From contig JBEKYR010000066.1 of assembly GCA_049510745.1 (NCBI GenBank), forward strand, positions 1 through 17,954: DNA of 17,954 bases, written 5' to 3'. The notes beneath the pieces are model-generated. The model was given only the letters and a program-made list of their open reading frames with translations. It did no database searches and had not been told where the DNA came from. Both the position numbers and the translations under genes were made by a program. The DNA comes from Verrucomicrobiota bacterium (GTDB taxonomy: Bacteria > Verrucomicrobiota > Verrucomicrobiia > Limisphaerales > Palsa-1400). Shown here one piece after another: positions 15,535 to 17,954 of this stretch (the first letter of the stretch is position 1; each line of letters opens with the position of its first letter).

Positions 15535-17493
15535 ATGAGTGATCGTAATTTTTCACGGCGCCGGCGCGGCATGCGTTTTCGCCCCAGCGGCGGCTTCGGC
15601 CACAAACCGGACCGTTCCGCCCAGGAAGCCCGGGCCGAAGCCACGGGGAACAAACAGCCCGAGGCCCTCTTCGAGCGGCCGCGGCACGAAATGGAAATCG
15701 AACGGGCGGAGAACATCGCCGCCGGCCTGCCGCCGGAAGGGCCGCCCAAGCCGGCGGCGGAGGAAGCCTCGCCCGAGCAGGCCGCGCGGGAAAAGAAGAG
15801 CGCCTTTCGGCGGCCGCATTTGGAGACGCCGGCCGAAGTGAGCGAGGAGAAGTTCGAACCGGTGCCGTTGCAGACGGAGCCGCCCAGCTTGATCGACCGG
15901 TTCAAGAAGGTCATCAAAAAATTGCTGCCCAAAACGGAAGAGAGAACGCACAAGGAAATCATCATCAACGCCGAATCCCTGGAAACCCGCATCGCGGTGC
16001 AGGAAAACGGCCGCCTGGAGGAGTTTACCATCGAACGCACGACCGAGGAACGCCTGGTGGGCAGCATTTTCAAAGGGAAGGTCCGCAACCTGGAAGACGG
16101 CCTCAAGGCCGCCTTTGTCGATATCGGCTTCGAGAAGAACGCCTTTCTGCACTACTGGGACATTGTGCCCAGCAGTTTTGACAGCGGCGTGGAAGTCGTC
16201 GAGCGCGGCGACACCCGGCGGCGCGACCGCCCGCGCATCACGCAAAGGGACATCCCCCGCCTCTATCCGCCCGGCAGCGAGATCATCGTGCAGGTGACCA
16301 AAGGCCCCATCGGCACCAAGGGGCCGCGGGTGACGACCAATGTGGTGCTGCCCGGACGCTACCTGGTGCTGCTGCCCAATTCGGATCAGAGCGGCATCTC
16401 GCGCAAAATCGAAAACCCGGAGGAGCGGCAGCGCCTGAAAAAAATCCTGCGCGAAATCAACATCCCCGAAAACATGGGCGTGATCATGCGCACGGCCGGG
16501 GAGGGACAGCAGAAGCGCTATTTCATCCTGGACCTGGCTTTGCTCCTGGAACAGTGGAACGAAATCCAGGAGAAGATCAAGACCCAGCCGCCCGCTTCCT
16601 GCGTGTTTCAGGAACCGGACCTGATCGAACGGACCGTGCGCGACTTCCTCACCGAAGACGTGGCCCGCGTGGTGGTCGATAGCGCCGCGGCCTATGATCG
16701 GATGCGCGCGATGATCTCCCGCATTTCCTCGCGCGCCACCGGCAAGATCAAACTCTACGCCGAGCATCAGCCCATCTTCGACCGGTTCAACATCACCCGG
16801 CAATTGGAAAACGCCTTCTCCCGCCAGGTCAGCCTCAAGAGCGGCGGCCACATCGTCATTGACGAAACCGAGGCGCTCGTCGCCATCGATGTCAACACGG
16901 GGCGGCACAAAAGCAACCGCGACCAGGAATCGACCATCCTGCGGGTCAACGTCGAGGCGGCCGAGGAAATTTGCCGGCAGCTCCGGTTGCGCAACATGGG
17001 CGGGCTGATCGTGCTGGACTTCATCGACATGAAATCCCGCCGCGACCAGCAGCAGGTGTATCAGCGGATCAAGGAGGGGTTGCGGCGCGACAAGGCCAAA
17101 ACGCACGTCCTGCCCATCTCGCAGCTTGGGTTGATGGAAATGACCCGCCAGCGCCATTCCGAGAGCGTGCGGGCCGCCGTCTATGACGATTGCCCGTATT
17201 GCAAGGGGCGGGGCAAGGTCAAGAGCGCGATCACGATGAGCGTGGAAATCCAGCGCAAGCTCAACGAAATCCTCAAGAAGCGGTCGCGCGACGAATCGGA
17301 TTTTCAGCTCCGCATTGCCGTCCATCCCACCGTGCTGGAACGGCTGCGCACCGAGGACGAGAAACTGATCATCGAAATGGAGAAGCGGTATTTCGGCAAA
17401 CTATCCTTCCGGCCGGAACCGACCTTCCACGCCGAGCAATTCAAGATCGTCAACGTGGCGACCAACGAAGAGTTGGCCAGCGAAAAGTCGTAA
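15535..17493 (+). CDS. rne: Ribonuclease E/G family protein with an N-terminal disordered extension
   Basis: S1 domain (GSIFKGKV...AAFVDIG), VQVTKGPIGTKGPR, IDVNTG, LRLRNMGGLIVLDFIDM and a CPYC Zn-link. There is no long C-terminal tail, so rng is an equally possible name. Confidence 0.93.
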   Translation: MSDRNFSRRRRGMRFRPSGGFGHKPDRSAQEARAEATGNKQPEALFERPRHEMEIERAENIAAGLPPEGPPKPAAEEASPEQAAREKKSAFRRPHLETPAEVSEEKFEPVPLQTEPPSLIDRFKKVIKKLLPKTEERTHKEIIINAESLETRIAVQENGRLEEFTIERTTEERLVGSIFKGKVRNLEDGLKAAFVDIGFEKNAFLHYWDIVPSSFDSGVEVVERGDTRRRDRPRITQRDIPRLYPPGSEIIVQVTKGPIGTKGPRVTTNVVLPGRYLVLLPNSDQSGISRKIENPEERQRLKKILREINIPENMGVIMRTAGEGQQKRYFILDLALLLEQWNEIQEKIKTQPPASCVFQEPDLIERTVRDFLTEDVARVVVDSAAAYDRMRAMISRISSRATGKIKLYAEHQPIFDRFNITRQLENAFSRQVSLKSGGHIVIDETEALVAIDVNTGRHKSNRDQESTILRVNVEAAEEICRQLRLRNMGGLIVLDFIDMKSRRDQQQVYQRIKEGLRRDKAKTHVLPISQLGLMEMTRQRHSESVRAAVYDDCPYCKGRGKVKSAITMSVEIQRKLNEILKKRSRDESDFQLRIAVHPTVLERLRTEDEKLIIEMEKRYFGKLSFRPEPTFHAEQFKIVNVATNEELASEKS

Positions 17494-17503
17494 GGGAATC
17501 GCC

Positions 17504-17540
17504 GGCGGCGCCGCGGGCGGAACCCGCCCCGGCGCCGTTT
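17504..17540 (+). terminator. GC-rich hairpin after rne, probable terminator
   Basis: GGCGGCGCCG(C)GGGCGG-AAC-CCGCCC-CGGCGCCG-TTT, with only a short U tail. Confidence 0.6.
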
Positions 17541-17555
17541 GGGGGCAAAATTGGC

Positions 17556-17584
17556 TTGAGCGCCGCTTTGCCTCAGGCTAGCTT
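17556..17584 (+). promoter_or_regulatory. Putative leaderless promoter of the downstream antitoxin
   Basis: TTGAGC (17556-17561), 17 nt, TAGCTT (17579-17584), 6 nt, GTG at 17591. Confidence 0.55.
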
Positions 17585-17590
17585 TCTACT

Positions 17591-17797
17591 GTGAAATCAA
17601 TGAGCGCACATTTCGACGGCAAACACGTTGTTCTGGACGAACCCGCGACACTCGCGCCAAATACGCCGGTGACGGTGGTGGTTAGAGAGGGCGACGAAAC
17701 CGAAGCGGAGGTTGCCCTGTGGTGCGCAAATTTGTCCCAGGAAACCTTCAGGCAAATTTGGGATAATCCACTCGATGCCGATTACGACCAGCACTGA
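17591..17797 (+). CDS. Small antitoxin-like protein (AF2212/DUF104-like N-terminus, WDNPxDAxYD tail)
   Basis: AHFDGKHVVLDEPATLAPNTPVTVVV and IWDNPLDADYD, a tail I recognise from antitoxins upstream of PemK/MazF toxins. It overlaps a MazF-like stub. Confidence 0.75.
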   Translation: MKSMSAHFDGKHVVLDEPATLAPNTPVTVVVREGDETEAEVALWCANLSQETFRQIWDNPLDADYDQH

Positions 17798-17849
17798 TCG
17801 CGGTGCCGTTATCCTGCTTCCTTTCCCCGTTTACCTAAGTTCCTTTTGA
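17775..17849 (+). pseudogene. Truncated PemK/MazF-family toxin
   Basis: The ATG at 17775 lies inside the 3' end of the antitoxin and gives MPITTSTDRGAVILLPFP (compare the G-x-V-x-L-x-P-F-P-F-T-D...K-x-R-P motif), then VYLSSF and a stop. The composition turns AT-rich at about 17829. Confidence 0.75.
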
Positions 17850-17918
17850 TTTTGCGTAAGTGCTTGCAAATCAAAGCAACGGCCAGAAAATGTAGCAAGT
17901 AATAATTGATTAAATCTC

Positions 17919-17947
17919 TTGACATACCTATGGTCCCGCTTTATTCT
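17919..17947 (+). promoter_or_regulatory. Near-consensus sigma70 promoter for something beyond the window
   Basis: TTGACA (17919-17924), 17 nt, TATTCT (17942-17947), with an AT-rich UP-like tract (AATAATTGATTAAAT) upstream. Confidence 0.75.
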
Positions 17948-17954
17948 GTAGCCC

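Noticed and set aside
12390..17325. Long minus-strand ORFs (578, 337 and 590 aa)
   Set aside because: They are antisense shadows of mrdA, rodA and rne caused by codon bias.

Overview
GC-rich bacterial window, probably Verrucomicrobiota (Pedosphaera/Limisphaera-like). This assignment is inferred from the Ig-rich surface protein with its C-terminal sorting-type domain, the prepilin-type H-X9-DG family gene and the apparently leaderless genes. The core backbone is: 3' part of a large LamG/Ig surface protein, a prepilin-type protein, a small membrane-anchored hypothetical protein, serS-glgA (minus strand), a MOSC protein, and the mreB-mreC-mreD-pbp2-rodA-rne/rng operon. Small accessory pieces sit in the intergenic and promoter regions. 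(1) A 1.8-kb cassette (orphan ribbon-helix-helix antitoxin-like gene coupled to a GT-C-type membrane glycosyltransferase) is bounded by a 30-bp direct repeat (28/30) that appears to be a duplicated serS/MOSC divergent promoter. (2) A 1.6-kb mosaic between MOSC and mreB holds 7-bp and 9-bp periodic repeats, a REP-associated tyrosine transposase N-terminal stub, an intact VapBC pair and a headless ParD-like remnant. (3) After rne, an antitoxin is followed by a MazF/PemK-like toxin that breaks off after about 18 codons at an AT-rich segment ending in a strong sigma70 promoter. Of four toxin-antitoxin-derived modules, only one keeps its toxin. All family assignments come from motif recognition by eye; no database search was run.
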